From Emiliania huxleyi CCMP1516 (Eukaryota): a stretch of DNA of 64,000 bases. Of this stretch, positions 1 to 10,951 are shown piece by piece. Position numbers and translations under genes: made by a program. Location of the stretch: assembly GCF_000372725.1 (NCBI RefSeq), contig NW_005201381.1:183953-247952 (forward strand), written 5' to 3'. Within the stretch, counting starts at the first letter, position 1. Every line of letters starts with the position of its first letter. The notes under the pieces were generated by a model. It made no database searches, was not told where the DNA came from, and worked only from the letters and a program-made list of their open reading frames with translations.

Positions 1-206
1 CGCCTCCACCCCCGCCGCCCACCGGCGGCGCGCCGCGAGCCTCTCTCTCTCGTTCACGCCATGTCTGATTGAGCATGTGGTACGCCTCACCCCTTGCAAA
101 ACTCCGAGCCCTCACACGCAAAAAGACAATTCACCGGTGAGCCCAAGACTGAAGACGCAAAAACGATCTCGCAAAGAAAACAAAGAAAACCAAGGGGTCT
201 GTCGTA

Positions 207-3018
207 ATGATGCTGTGGCTCGCGGGGGCGATCACTCCCTCGGCGTCGTTCGCTGGTAGGCCGCCTGCCCACCGCGTGGCACCGGCTCGCGCCGTGCAGC
301 GCGCGCCAGCGCCGGCGATGCGCGGCGAGCAGGCCTTCTCCTTTGGCCCTGCGGCAGCGCTGCGGACGGCAAAGCGCAAGCTCCCGCAGGTCGAGTGGCT
401 TGCGGCCGGCGAGGGCTCGGCGGAGAACAAGGTGGACATGCCGGACCACGTTGCACGCATCCTCTCGCAGCCGCACGCGCCGCAGCGCGAGGCCGAGAAC
501 GATGAGAGGACGCACCGCATCCGCACGCGCTACGAGCAGGCTGCTGCCGATGCGCAGGCGCTGCGCGGGATGCTGGTGGGGGAGGAGGATGAGAAGGCGT
601 GGTGGCGCACGCCGCGCGAGGTGCCGGCGGGTGGCCGGCCGGTGAGCAAGGACGACCCACTCACCGTGCTGGTGGCGGGTGGCGGGCTTGCCGGCCTGGT
701 GACAGCGGCGGCGTGCCACGCGGCGGGCATGCGGGTCGCGCTGTTCGAGCAGGCGTCTTCGTACGCGCCGTACGGCGGCCCCATCCAGATCCAGTCCAAT
801 GCGCTCCGCGCCATCCAGCGCATCTCCCCAGCCGTCTTTGAGGAGCTCGTCGCCGCGGGCACCGTCACCGCCGACCGCGTCTCAGGCCTCAAGATCGGGT
901 ACCGCAAGGGCAACAAGCTGGCGGGTCTGTACGACCGAGGCGACTGGCTGGTGCGGTTCGACACCATCGGCCCTGCCCTCGAGGCGGGGCTCCCTGCGAC
1001 GGTCGTGGTCGACCGGCCGGTGATTCAGCAGATTCTGGTCAAGCATGGCTTCCCCGACGGCACCGTCCGCATCAGCTCGCGCATCGAGGGGTGGGAGGAC
1101 CGCGGCGACGGCCGCGGCGTGGTTGCGACGCTCTCCGACGGCACCAAGGCGCACGCGGACGTGCTGGTCGGCGCGGACGGCGTCTGGTCCCAGATCCGCA
1201 AGCAGATGCACTCACTCGGAGAGGGCGCGGGCGGCTTCGCCGCGTCGGGCGCGGCGGGAGGTGCGCTCGACGAGGCGGAGGCGCGCAAGCTGTGAACAGC
1301 GTCTCTTCACACCTCTTGCTGTGAACAGGTGCGCTCGACGAGGCGGAGGCGCGCAAGCTGTGAACAGCGTCTCTTCACACCTCTTGCTGTGAACAGGTGC
1401 GCTCGACGAGGCGGAGGCGCGCAAGCTGTGAACAGCGTCTCTTCACACCTCTTGCTGTGAACAGGTGCGCTCGACGAGGCGGAGGCGCGCAAGCTGGCGC
1501 GCGACACCGTGCGGATCGCGGCGCAGGCGGATCGCCGCTTCTCGGGCTTCACCTGCTACGCGGCGCTGGCGCCGCACCGCGCATCAAACATCGAGGACGT
1601 CTCGTATCAAATCCTGCTCGGAGAGAAGAAGTACTTTGTGTCGACCGACGGCGGCGGCGAGCGGCAGCAGTGGTTTGCGCTCATCCGCGAGCCGGCGGGC
1701 GGCGTCGATCCGGAGCCCACGGACGAGGACCCAACGCCAAAGCTGACGCGGCTGCGCCAGGAGTTCTCGTGCAGCAGCGGCGACGCCGACGGCAACGTCT
1801 GGGACCCGTTCGCACTCGAGCTGATCGAAGCGTCCGCCGAGAGTGACATCAAGCGGCGCGCCCTCTGCGGCGGGTCGCCGGGTCGGACATGTCGAGGACG
1901 CGTCCACGACATGTCCAAGACATGTCCCGTAGGCGCGACCTCTACGATGGGGCGCCCCTCCTCGCCACTTGGGACCCGCGTCGCTGGTGGTCGCCGTGGG
2001 CAAAGGGGCCGGGCGCCCTAGATTGGGAACGGCAGGCCGCCGGTACTCGGACTCGCACCCGAGAGGGCACGGATCGAGCGTACATGTCTCCTGCTGTATT
2101 CGATGTACTCGCAGCCCTTGTCCTCGCGCGGCTCCGATCGCACTGCACGGATCTTGCTTCACGCCCTGATTGTGGTGTGTTTATGCCTCAGGCCCGTCGC
2201 GCTCTGCGGGGACGCGGCGCACCCGATGATGCCAAATTTGGGGCAGGGCGGCTGCCAATCGACCGAAGACGGCTACCGGCTGGGCGCGGAGCTTGCGACG
2301 GTGAGCCGCAGAGACCGCTCGAGAGTGCCGCCGGCTAGGTTGTGCCGTTTTGGACTGGCTTAGCCATGCCCGACCGAGACGATTTCGCGTTGGCGGGTCG
2401 CCCCCACCGAGGGGTCGCCCACGCACCCGCCGGCCCCCACCGAGGCTTTCTCTCGGAGCATGGTCGAGGGGCACGGCTCCCTGCTGGGAGGAGGGAGAGG
2501 GAGGGGGGCGAGGCGAGGGATTGAATGAGGGGGGGGGTGGGGGGATACGGCGGGGAGGGGGGCATGGAGGGGGAGAGGAAGTCCAAGCGCGAGAGGGGGC
2601 AGGGGACTGGGCGGGGGACCGCCTGCGCCCCTCGCATGCCCCGTCAGGTGAGCCACACTCGCGAGGTGCCGTCGGCGCTCGCACGCTATTCGCGCGTCCG
2701 CGTGGTGCGCACGGCGATCGTGCAGGGGTTCGCGCAGCTCGGCTCCGATCTACTCGTCGACTTCGACCTGATGATGACCATCCCGCTGCTCGGCCCTTTC
2801 TTCCTCGCCGCAACGCAGGCGCGCACCTTCGACCCACTGCGCCCGTGACGCCTCCGCGGCAGCTGCCATGCCCCTACCGCACCGCTTGCATGCCCCCACC
2901 CGCCCGCTGCATCCTCCCTCTCCTCCGTTGCCTCTCTCTCAACGCGGCCCCGCTCCTCCCTCGCCCGCAGCTCTCGATGCCGTGGATCCTGCGCTTCCTC
3001 TACACGCCCGAGTTTTAG
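207..3018 (+). CDS. ZEP1: Zeaxanthin epoxidase-like FAD monooxygenase (resembles diatom/haptophyte ZEP1); 6 exons ~207-1260, 1465-1855, 1933-2007, 2192-2300, 2648-2818, 2971-3018
   Basis: Motifs [36 protein letters not shown] and [26 protein letters not shown] splicing keeps the frame. N-terminus looks like a signal/transit peptide. Paralog assignment is from recall, not a search. Confidence 0.88.
1259..1496 (+). repeat. 68-bp tandem repeat (3.5 copies) that forms ZEP intron 1 (1261-1464)
   Basis: Unit AGGTGCGCTCGACGAGGCGGAGGCGCGCAAGCTG+TGAACAGCGTCTCTTCACACCTCTTGCTGTGAAC starts at 1259, 1327, 1395 and 1463 (last copy partial). Confidence 0.95.
2008..2191 (+). mobile_element. Introner-like intron in ZEP (184 nt)
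   Basis: GC donor; GCCGGGCGC resembles next exon start GCCCGTCGC; then CCTAGAT; internal CGAGAGGGCACGGA and CGCCCTGATTGTGGTGTGT shared with other introns. Confidence 0.65.
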
Positions 3019-3339
3019 GCGGCCGCGGTTCGGTTGAGACGAGTTGCGTTCGGACCCAGGTTCTTTGGCTTTGCCAGCGGCGGCCCGGCGCTGCGCGCTC
3101 TCTCTGCCGCAGGCTCTGACTAAGTCTATGCACTCAGGGCCGGTCGGGCCGCTCTACCTAGTCTCTCTACATTAGGCGACGAGAAAATTAACGAAACTCG
3201 GAACCCCCCCTCCCTATTGAAAAAGAAAGAAAATCAGCATGCCGAAAAAAAACCCGGCCCGCTGGGGCGAGCCTCGGCCAGCGCCGATCGCCGCCTTGCT
3301 GAGGTGAAGCCGCTGCCAGAGTGGGCGGTGACAGGCGTC

Positions 3340-4014
3340 ATGCTTTCGGATGACCTGCTGCCAAAAATTCTCGCACTGCTTCTGGCCAGGAAATCGCAGC
3401 CGCTTGTATGCCATGCGTTGAGCAGACTCCGGAGCTATGGTGCCCTCGGTTGGCTGTGCGCCGGCCAAAGTGGCCCAGACGAGGAGGGTCGCCTTCGCAG
3501 AGACACGATTATGGGCGCTGGGGCACTGCCATTAATCATTGCCGGCATGCGCGCGCATCCGAGCCATGCGGCTGTACAGCAAACTGGCTGCCACGCCCTG
3601 ACTGCTCTCGCCCGAGGACAGGTACAGGCGATCGTGGAAGCGATGGCGGCGGCGGGCGCGCTAGCGGCCGTCGTGACTGGCATGCAGGAGCACCGCGACC
3701 GTACCGGGGTCCAAGAGAACGGCTGCATCGCGCTGGGAACCATTTGCTGCGAGAGGCATATGGGGGGGAATGTTTTCGGCGTGGATGAGTCAGTCAGCCA
3801 GGCGGCCGCCTCTGCGGGCGCGCTGGCGGCGATGGTCAACTCCTTGAGGGCTATGAAAGGTGGCGCGACACTAGACCGTTGCTCTTCCGCGCTGCGCCTC
3901 TTCGTGGGTTGGGGAGAGGGCAGCGCTGCGCGGCGTGCAAGTGCTTTGCAGCTGGGGGCGGAGCCGGCTTGGCTCAAGTCGCGTCAGGACGAGCAGATCG
4001 AGGAAATAGACTGA
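3340..4014 (+). CDS. Armadillo-repeat protein with an F-box-like N-terminal motif (start uncertain; ORF open from 3217)
   Basis: LSDDLLPKILALLL motif; ARM-like repeats AGALPLIIAGMRAHPSHAAVQQTGCHALTAL and AGALAAVVTGMQEHRDRTGVQENGCIALGTI. Confidence 0.6.
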   Translation: MLSDDLLPKILALLLARKSQPLVCHALSRLRSYGALGWLCAGQSGPDEEGRLRRDTIMGAGALPLIIAGMRAHPSHAAVQQTGCHALTALARGQVQAIVEAMAAAGALAAVVTGMQEHRDRTGVQENGCIALGTICCERHMGGNVFGVDESVSQAAASAGALAAMVNSLRAMKGGATLDRCSSALRLFVGWGEGSAARRASALQLGAEPAWLKSRQDEQIEEID

Positions 4015-4157
4015 GCCCAAGGTCTGCCGAGCGCGCGCCCTGGAGCTTGCGTGCACTAGCGCCACCCAGAGCTACGTACACCCTATCCCTAGAGTATACG
4101 TGGGGCTCGGATGCGCTCTCTTCTGTTTGCGTTGAAGGGAGGGGCTCTCGGCTCTCG

Positions 4158-5522
4158 CTGAGCCCTGGCTGTCAGGCTGTCAGGTGCTGTCAGGTGATCT
4201 GTCGGGCTGTCGGGCAGCTGTCAGGCACTGTCAGGTGCCTCTGTCAGACCAGCTGTCAGGTGCTGTCAGTGCTGTCGGGTGCTGTCGGGTGCATGTCTGA
4301 CAGGCGAGGGGTTCTGTAGCTGTCAGGTGCTGTCGGAGCTGTCGGGTGTTGCTGTCAGACGCTGTCGGAGCTGTCAGAGCTGTCAGGCTGCTGCTGCTGT
4401 CAGACGGTGGGCTGTTGCTGTCAGGTGCTGGGTCAGGTGGTGCTGTCGGGGTGCTGTCAGGCTGTGACACACACCAGCCACACTTATGACACTATCAAGA
4501 GGAGACCAGCAGGACTCTACTACACATACTCTAGTCTCTACTCTGCCTCCGGTCCCACCATCTTTTTCATGGTGGACGTCACCATCTTCTTGTCTGCCGC
4601 ACTGAGAGAATAGCAGAGAGGCAGGGTGGAGTGCTTCTTCAGGTACACCTTGCTGATGATCTGGTAGTTGCTGGTCCAGCGGAAGGCCTCCCCATCGTTG
4701 TCGCTCGTCAGCTTGTAGTACTTGCACGCTCTGTTCTGGTAGCGCGGGCCGTCTGGGGGGGTCCCGTCACCCTTCACCTCACGGTACCACCGGAGGATAA
4801 AGAGGCCCTTGGGGTCGTTGATGAAGACCCCGTTGCTGCGCTGACTCATGGAGAGCTGGCGCAGGTACTCTGCGCTGGAGCTGCCAGTGGCGCGGCGCGC
4901 GTCTACTGTGCCGTCGGCGACGGCCACCTGCTCAATGTTGCCGATGGCAAAGACCTTGGAGCTGTCCTCCATGGTGAAGAGCACCGCAACTGCGAAGAGA
5001 AAGAGAAGAGGGAGAGATGAGGATGCACGTCTTATGTGTGTGTGTGACAGGCGGGCAAGGGCGTGGTCACCGTCATCATCATCCATGTAGAAGTCGAGCT
5101 CCTCATCCACATCCTCGCCCCGCTGCTGATGGGACTTGATGAGCCGCTTGACGTGGAAGCGGAGCTTGCGATCCTTTGACTCCTCCTGGATGGAGACGTT
5201 GAAATCTGCCAGCAGCTTACCCTCAATGGGGCACAAGAAAGAGGCTCTACGGGGTCTGTGTACGGTCTGTGCTGCTGTCGGGCTGTCAGGCTGTCAGCGC
5301 TGCTGTCAGGCCACTGTGTGCTGTCGGGCTGTCAGGCAGCTGTCAGGCTGTCACGTTAGGGCCTGACAGCGACGGAACCCCTCGCCTGCCAGACTCTGCT
5401 GTCAGGCTGTCAGACACGTGCTGTCAGACTGTCAGAGAAAGTGCTGTCAGCGCTGTCAGGCTGTCGGGCACTGTCAGGCGCTGTCCGGGGGTTTGCTGTC
5501 AGGCTGTCAGACCAGGGCTCAG
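4158..5522. mobile_element. Non-autonomous DNA transposon, family A, complete copy
   Basis: TIR CTGAGCCCTGG...CCAGGGCTCAG; 8-bp TSD GGCTCTCG (4150-4157 and 5523-5530); dense subterminal CTGTC(A/G)G repeats; internal ORF remnant 4538-5236 (-). Confidence 0.92.
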
Positions 5523-5787
5523 GGCTCTCGGGCGTCGGGGTGTAGCGTGTACGTTGGCGCTTATTGCTTATTCAGTATATGTTACTATGTTTTTGTTGTA
5601 TCACTCTCGTCATGGTCCATCTCAAAAAGCACACACCGCGACAGAGACTGATCGTGGACCACAGTCGACCCTCGCCGGATAGACTGAACGCGCAGGGACA
5701 GAACCAGGCGCGCGCGGCGTGTCCCAATAAGTGTCCGAATGATCAGAGTGGGGCGGCGATGTGGATGTGGCCGAGCCCCCGTCCTGA

Positions 5788-7879
5788 TCAAAACTTGATC
5801 TTCGGCTCCTTCTTGCTGCTCGTGGGCCCGCGCTTGCCAGGCTGCGCCTTCTGCTTGCGCAGCACAAATCCGCCGCCGGGGTCGACTGCGGCGGCCGCTT
5901 TGTCGAGCTTCAGGGGGGGCGGGGGTTCTGCGTCGGAATCGTCCGAGTCGTCGCCGCGCCTCCGCTTCTTCTTCTTCTTGCGCTTGCGGTCGCCCCCGTC
6001 CTCGCCCTCGCCCTCGCCGTTCGCCTTCTTCGAGGCAAGGAAGGGCAGCAACGCGTTCCGAAAGTCGCTGTTGCTGAGCTGTGGTTCGGCGGCGCCGCCC
6101 TCGCCCTCCTCCTCGCCCTCGCCCTCGCCCTCCGCTCCAGCGCCGCCCCCCTCAACCTCGGGGAACGGCAGCGCCTCCGCCTTCGCCTTGCGCGCCGCCG
6201 CGACATCGACGGCGGGCGTGCTCGGCAGGATGGTCGTCTGCAGCATGTCTGAAAAGCGAGGTCCCTCCGGCTCCGGCGGCGCGAGCGGCGGCGGCGGCGG
6301 CGGCGGCGGCGGCAGCGACGACGGCGGCGACGATGGCGACGGGCGGACAAGCACCGTGTCGCAATCGCCGAGCTTGATCTTTGCCCCGCACGGCACGCGC
6401 GTCGGCTTGTGCGGCGACAGCCGCTCCCAGCCGGCGCCCGTGTCGAGGAAGCTGCCTGCATGATGAATACGCCAACCCTCGGGGGCCGGAGTGCTTTAGA
6501 GAGCACGCGTGAAAGACGAGGGTGCGAACACAGGGAGTACAGCCGAATACGGTCGAGTACAGCGGAGTCCGTGTCCTCTCGAGCGCGGGTTGGAATACAC
6601 GAGTACTCATCCCGCTTCTAGGCGCAGCCGCCCTTGGTCGAGCCGAGGTCAATGAGGTGCAGCGGTGCCTCGCTGTCGTCGCCGTCGCCGCCGTCGCGGC
6701 CGCCATCGGCCGGAGAGCCGTGCACAATCGCCGCGTGCGCACGAGACACGGACTCGTCTGGCACGGCGAAGTCCGCCTGGCGAAGTGTCGTGGACGTGTT
6801 ACGGACGTGTCATGGACGTGTCGTGGACTAGCACAGCACAATCGGGGGGGGGGGGGGGGAGGCTGGGGGGGCCTCTCTGGGAGGACTCTCGGGCGGTCGC
6901 CTCGGGCGGTGTCCCAGGCGGAGTCTCGAACGCTGGGTCGGCCCGCGGCCCCGGTCGGCTCTCGGTGAGTCAGCTCTCGGTGGAGGGCAGTGGGGCTTTG
7001 CGAGTCGGCTGTGCAAGATCTGGTGGGGAAGAGTTGCGAGGCTGACCCTTTCGCGTGAGCGGCCAAAGACGTAGGCCCTCTTGCGCGAGAGCTGGAGCGA
7101 CTGCATCTTCGTGCCGCCGCGCACCTGTGGTCGGGGCGGGGCCGGGGGGTGGGGTGTCGGCGTCTCGGACGCGTCTCGGACGCGTCTTGGCAGCGGCGCG
7201 CCAGGTCAAGCGAAACCGGTGCTTGCGGAGCCACCGCCCACTCCGGCGGCTCCCACCGGGCGGCGGCGGCGGGCGGCGGGGGGGCGGGCGCAGCGGGCGC
7301 GTCGTGGCTGAACTTGCACTCCCTGCCGTACCGGCAGTTGCCCTTGATAAAGTCGATGCACTGCCTCTTCCCCGGCGGCGCGGGGGGCGGCAGAGCGGCA
7401 GCGGCGGCGGCGGCGGCGGCGGCGACGGCGGGCGGAGGCGCGTCGGGCGGTGGCGCGGCGGGCGCGGCGGGCGCGGCGGGCGCGGCGGGCGCGGCGGGCG
7501 CGGCGGGCGCGGGCAGCCCGACGAGCACGAGCGCGTAGGGCGGCGCGTCGGAGAGGGTTATGCTCGCGCCTCCGCCGAGCTGAGTCGGCTCGTTGGGCCG
7601 GATGCGCTTGCCGTCGACAAAGGTCCCGCGGGTCGACTTGAGGTCGATGAGGTAGAGGCGCTCGCCGCGCGGGACGATGGCACAGTGCTGGCGCGATGCG
7701 GCCTCGTCATCGCCCACGACCACGTCCGCCACGCCAGGCTGCCTGCCGACCACAAAGCAGCGCGGGCCAGGCGGAAGCTCGTGCCGGCGCAGCGTCCGCT
7801 CGCCGCGCCGGACCTCGAGCGCGAGGCCCGCGTGCGGCGTCTCGGTCGCCCAGCTCGGCGCGGGGAATTTGCCAGCCAT
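5788..7879 (-). CDS. Protein with two FHA domains and a CCCH zinc finger (spliced)
   Basis: FHA motifs FVVGRQ, SRQHCAI, LIDLKSTRGTFV; CCCH finger CIDFIKGNCRYGRECKFSH; second FHA across exons (YVFGRS, SVSRAHAAI, LIDLGSTKGSF); basic NLS-like KRKKKKKRRR. Confidence 0.8.
6456..6631 (-). mobile_element. Introner-like intron in FHA gene (176 nt)
   Basis: GC donor; GCGGCTGCG versus exon start GCAGCTTCC; then CCTAGAA; internal CGAGAGGACACGGA. Confidence 0.55.
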
Positions 7880-7954
7880 GTATGTGTGCGTGTGGGCCGT
7901 CGAGAGATCAACAAATCCAGGTGCGCCAAGTCCCCACGGCCTGTGCACCTTAAC

Positions 7955-8042
7955 GCTTAAGCACTTGAGCACTGGATAGGGTCGATTCCGCGTGGTACGG
8001 GACCCCTCGATCGTCTCGCCCTCCCTCGCTGGTGTGTTCATT
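7955..8042 (-). repeat. ~85-bp dispersed repeat (SINE- or LINE-3'-end-like); other copies at 26033-26105 and 26153-26237 (+)
   Basis: AACACACCAG(T/C)GAGGG(A/C)GGGCGAGACGATCGAGGG(G)TCCCGTA..GCGGAATCGACCCTATCC; two copies end in a GTGCTCAA-type tail. Confidence 0.75.
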
Positions 8043-8469
8043 GGGGGGGGCGTGCACCTCGATCCTGGAGCCGGGTGACGGGATGCTGTCGCGGCGGTCT
8101 CACTCACTCAGTCAGGCCCACCCACCCAGTGAGTGAGGTAGTGCGCCAGACAGACAGACCTATCTCGCATGAGCACTCTCATGGGAGCCATACTCGCATA
8201 GGGGACGCGTGCTAGCTGATGACTGTAGCCAGCTTCCCGGCCTCCCGCGTCTACCGGGAGCCTCCCGGACCATCGACCTCGGGAGCTCTCCCGCACCTTT
8301 ATGCGTTCTAAGGAATCGGTCGGCGGCCCGCTGCGGCTCTTAAAACCTGCCAGGCCGGTTAAGCCGTTAAAAGCCGCAGCGCCCCAGGGCCCACCCGCTT
8401 TTAAGCCTAGGGCGTAGGGGTATATGAGGCTGATAATGACGTCCGCAATCGCCTCGGGGGGATGGGGCC

Positions 8470-8801
8470 CTGAGCCCTGGCTGTCAGGCTGTCAGGTGCT
8501 GTCAGGTGATCGGTCGGGCTGTCGGGCAGCTGTCAGGCACTGTCAGGTGCCTCTGTCAGACCAGCTGTCAGGTGCTGTCAGTGCTGTCGGGTGCTGTCGG
8601 GTGCGTGTCTGACAGTCGAGGTGCTCTGTAGCTGTCGGGTGCTGTCGGAGCTGTCGGGTGTTGCTGTCAGACGCTGTCGGAGCTGTCGGAGCTGTCAGGC
8701 TGCTGCTGCTGTCAGACGTTGGGCTGTTGCTGTCAGGTGCTGTCAGTTGCTGTCAGGTGGTGCTGTCGGGGTGCTGTCAGGCTCTGACACACACCAGCCA
8801 C
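8470..8801. mobile_element. Solo end of family A transposon
   Basis: Starts CTGAGCCCTGGCTGTCAGG and matches 4158-4480, then diverges after ACACCAGCCAC; no second TIR seen. Confidence 0.85.
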
Positions 8802-9430
8802 GAGTAATGGAGAAGTCTGTCCGCGCCTAAGGATTCTGCCTTTCCTATTCTGCTCTACTACACAAGGATTCTTGCTATTCTACCTCTCACTAGATTCCCC
8901 TTCCCAGGTTCCTCTTCTGCTCAGATATTCTGATTCTCTCCCCAGACTCTCCCATCTTGGCCCCGCTTTCAGCTTCCTGATTCTCCATTCTCGTTTCCTC
9001 CGCTTCCTTTCCGATGTTTTCGCCGATGCCATTGAAAATGGAATAGAGTTTTCGGAAAAAAAACTCCCCGGCCCTCGCCAACGCCCAAAAATGGCGCAGA
9101 GTGAGGCGGCGAGAACCGAGCGAGCACGTGAGCCCCGTGGCTCCAACGTCCGGTTACCGGGCCCTTCCTATTTTGAGCAAGTGTGACGCCGCGCGAGCGA
9201 CGCTCCGAGATCGCCCGAGACAGCGCGGCGCGGCGGTGGGTGAGGTGGGGTGGGGGGGTGGGGGGGTGGGGGGTGGGGGGGCGGCGTGGCGTGGAGCTCC
9301 GAGATAGCGCGAGATCGCCCGAGATCGCGCGGCGCGGCCGCCCCCGGAGTGCCGAGATCGCCCGAGATAGCGCAGATCGCCCGAGATCGCGCGGCGCGGC
9401 CCGAGGCGAGGTGGGAGAGAGAGAGAGAGA

Positions 9431-9499
9431 GAGATTTTTAGAAGCCAACAAGAAATGTGTCACACACAGATCACAGTGATTTGGGCTCGGCAGCTTGTC
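9431..9499 (+). repeat. ~65-bp dispersed repeat; copies at 38217-38288 (-), 61293-61368 (+) and a diverged copy at 35457-35568 (-)
   Basis: GAGATTTTTAGAAGCCAACAAGAAATGTGT...AGTGATTTG(G/C)GCTCGGCAGCTT. Confidence 0.85.
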
Positions 9500-9955
9500 C
9501 TCTCGCGAGGTGGGTGGGTTGGGAGCGAGGGGGCGGAAGTGTTCAGTGCGGTAGATGGTCAGCTCGGGGCGCAAGAGGTGGCCTGTGAGCCATCCGGCTT
9601 ACATTTACCCTGCTCGCACATGGAGTGCGAGGACCGAGGTATCTCGTCTCGTCGTCTGTCGCCGTCCCAAACTGTCACTCCCCTCTCTCCCGGCCGGGGT
9701 GGGGCGCGCGCGGGGGCGGTGGGTGTGCGGGATGTCTGTGGGCCCGAGAGCGATGTGCGTGTGCCCGCCTTGCGTTTTTGCAAGGCTAGCTCGAAAAAAA
9801 GAATTTCGCCGCGAGCGCCACGGTGGCGCTGCACACCTCCTCTCTGCCCGCGCCTCCCCGAAGTCCCCCGCCGCCCCCGCCCCCCTCCCATCCGCCCCTC
9901 CCCGCCCCCTCCTCCCCACCTCCTCGCTCGCCGCCGCCTCGCAGAGAGCGGCGCC

Positions 9956-10428
9956 ATGTCCTCCTCCGAGGCGATCGACTATGTGAAGAAGCCGGCGGTG
10001 GAGTTTATCAAGGACAGCTGGCGCCTGGTGAAGCGGTGCACAAAGCCCGACAGAACCGGTGCGCGCCACCGCAGCGGGGTTGGGTGGCGGAAGCGCTGCA
10101 CGGGCGCCGTTCTTCCTCCCCTCTCAGCCCGACGCGCCGACCCGCTGTCGCCCCGACCTGCCCCCCCTCGCAGAATTTTCGAAGATCGCGCAGGCCACGT
10201 CGGTCGGCTTCTTCATCATGGGCTTCATCGGCTTCTTTGTGAAGCTCATCTTCATCCCGATCAACAATATCATCGTCGGCATGGTGGGTAGCTCCCCCCC
10301 CCCACCCCTCCCCACACCCACCAGAGACGCGTCACGCCGCCGCCCGGCAGCTGTCCTAGGCTCCTGGCTGCGGCTCCTCGCACACGCCGCCGCGTCACGC
10401 CCACCCTCCTTTCCCACTGCAGGGTTGA
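9956..10428 (+). CDS. SEC61G: Protein transport protein Sec61 gamma; exons 9956-10058, 10174-10283, probable micro-exon 10423-10428
   Basis: [53 protein letters not shown]. Confidence 0.95.
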
Positions 10429-10951
10429 GTACTCCGTGCTTGCTGCTGCCTGTCTGTATGGGGGGAGAGGGAGGCTTCGCGCTGGCGGCCTCGAGGGCGT
10501 TCGTGGCGGACCGTTCCTGCACCCTGGTCTCCCGAGGCCTCCTGCAACCTGGTCTCCCGAGACCGTGGGGATGGGGGGGGGGGTTGCACGTTCTTTCTCG
10601 TCGCCCGCCGCCCGCCGGGCCGCGGGCCGGCGCGTGCGTCACCAGACACCACACGTGTCTCCGTGTGTGTTTGGCAGCACATAACTAAAAATGACAAAAA
10701 TGACATCGAGCGTGCAGCCACGATGTGATTACTCTCTGTACAGAAAACTCAAGGGGGTGGCAAGGGGGGCGCGACCGAGCACACCGTGAGGACAAAAGTG
10801 CCGCGCGGCAAGACCTTCAGAGTCGAAACAGGCGCCCGGAGTTGGGTTGCGCGGCCGCGGGTTGGCGTCCGCCTCGGTCTCTCTCGACGACGCCCCAGTT
10901 TGACCTCTTGACCTCGCGAGCGATAGCAAAGGCGCTCTTCTTCCCGGGTAC

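Noticed and set aside
1259..1496. CRISPR-like repeat-spacer look (also at 22358-22561)
   Set aside because: The 'spacers' are identical or simple-sequence, the repeats are exon copies, the context is eukaryotic and there are no cas genes.
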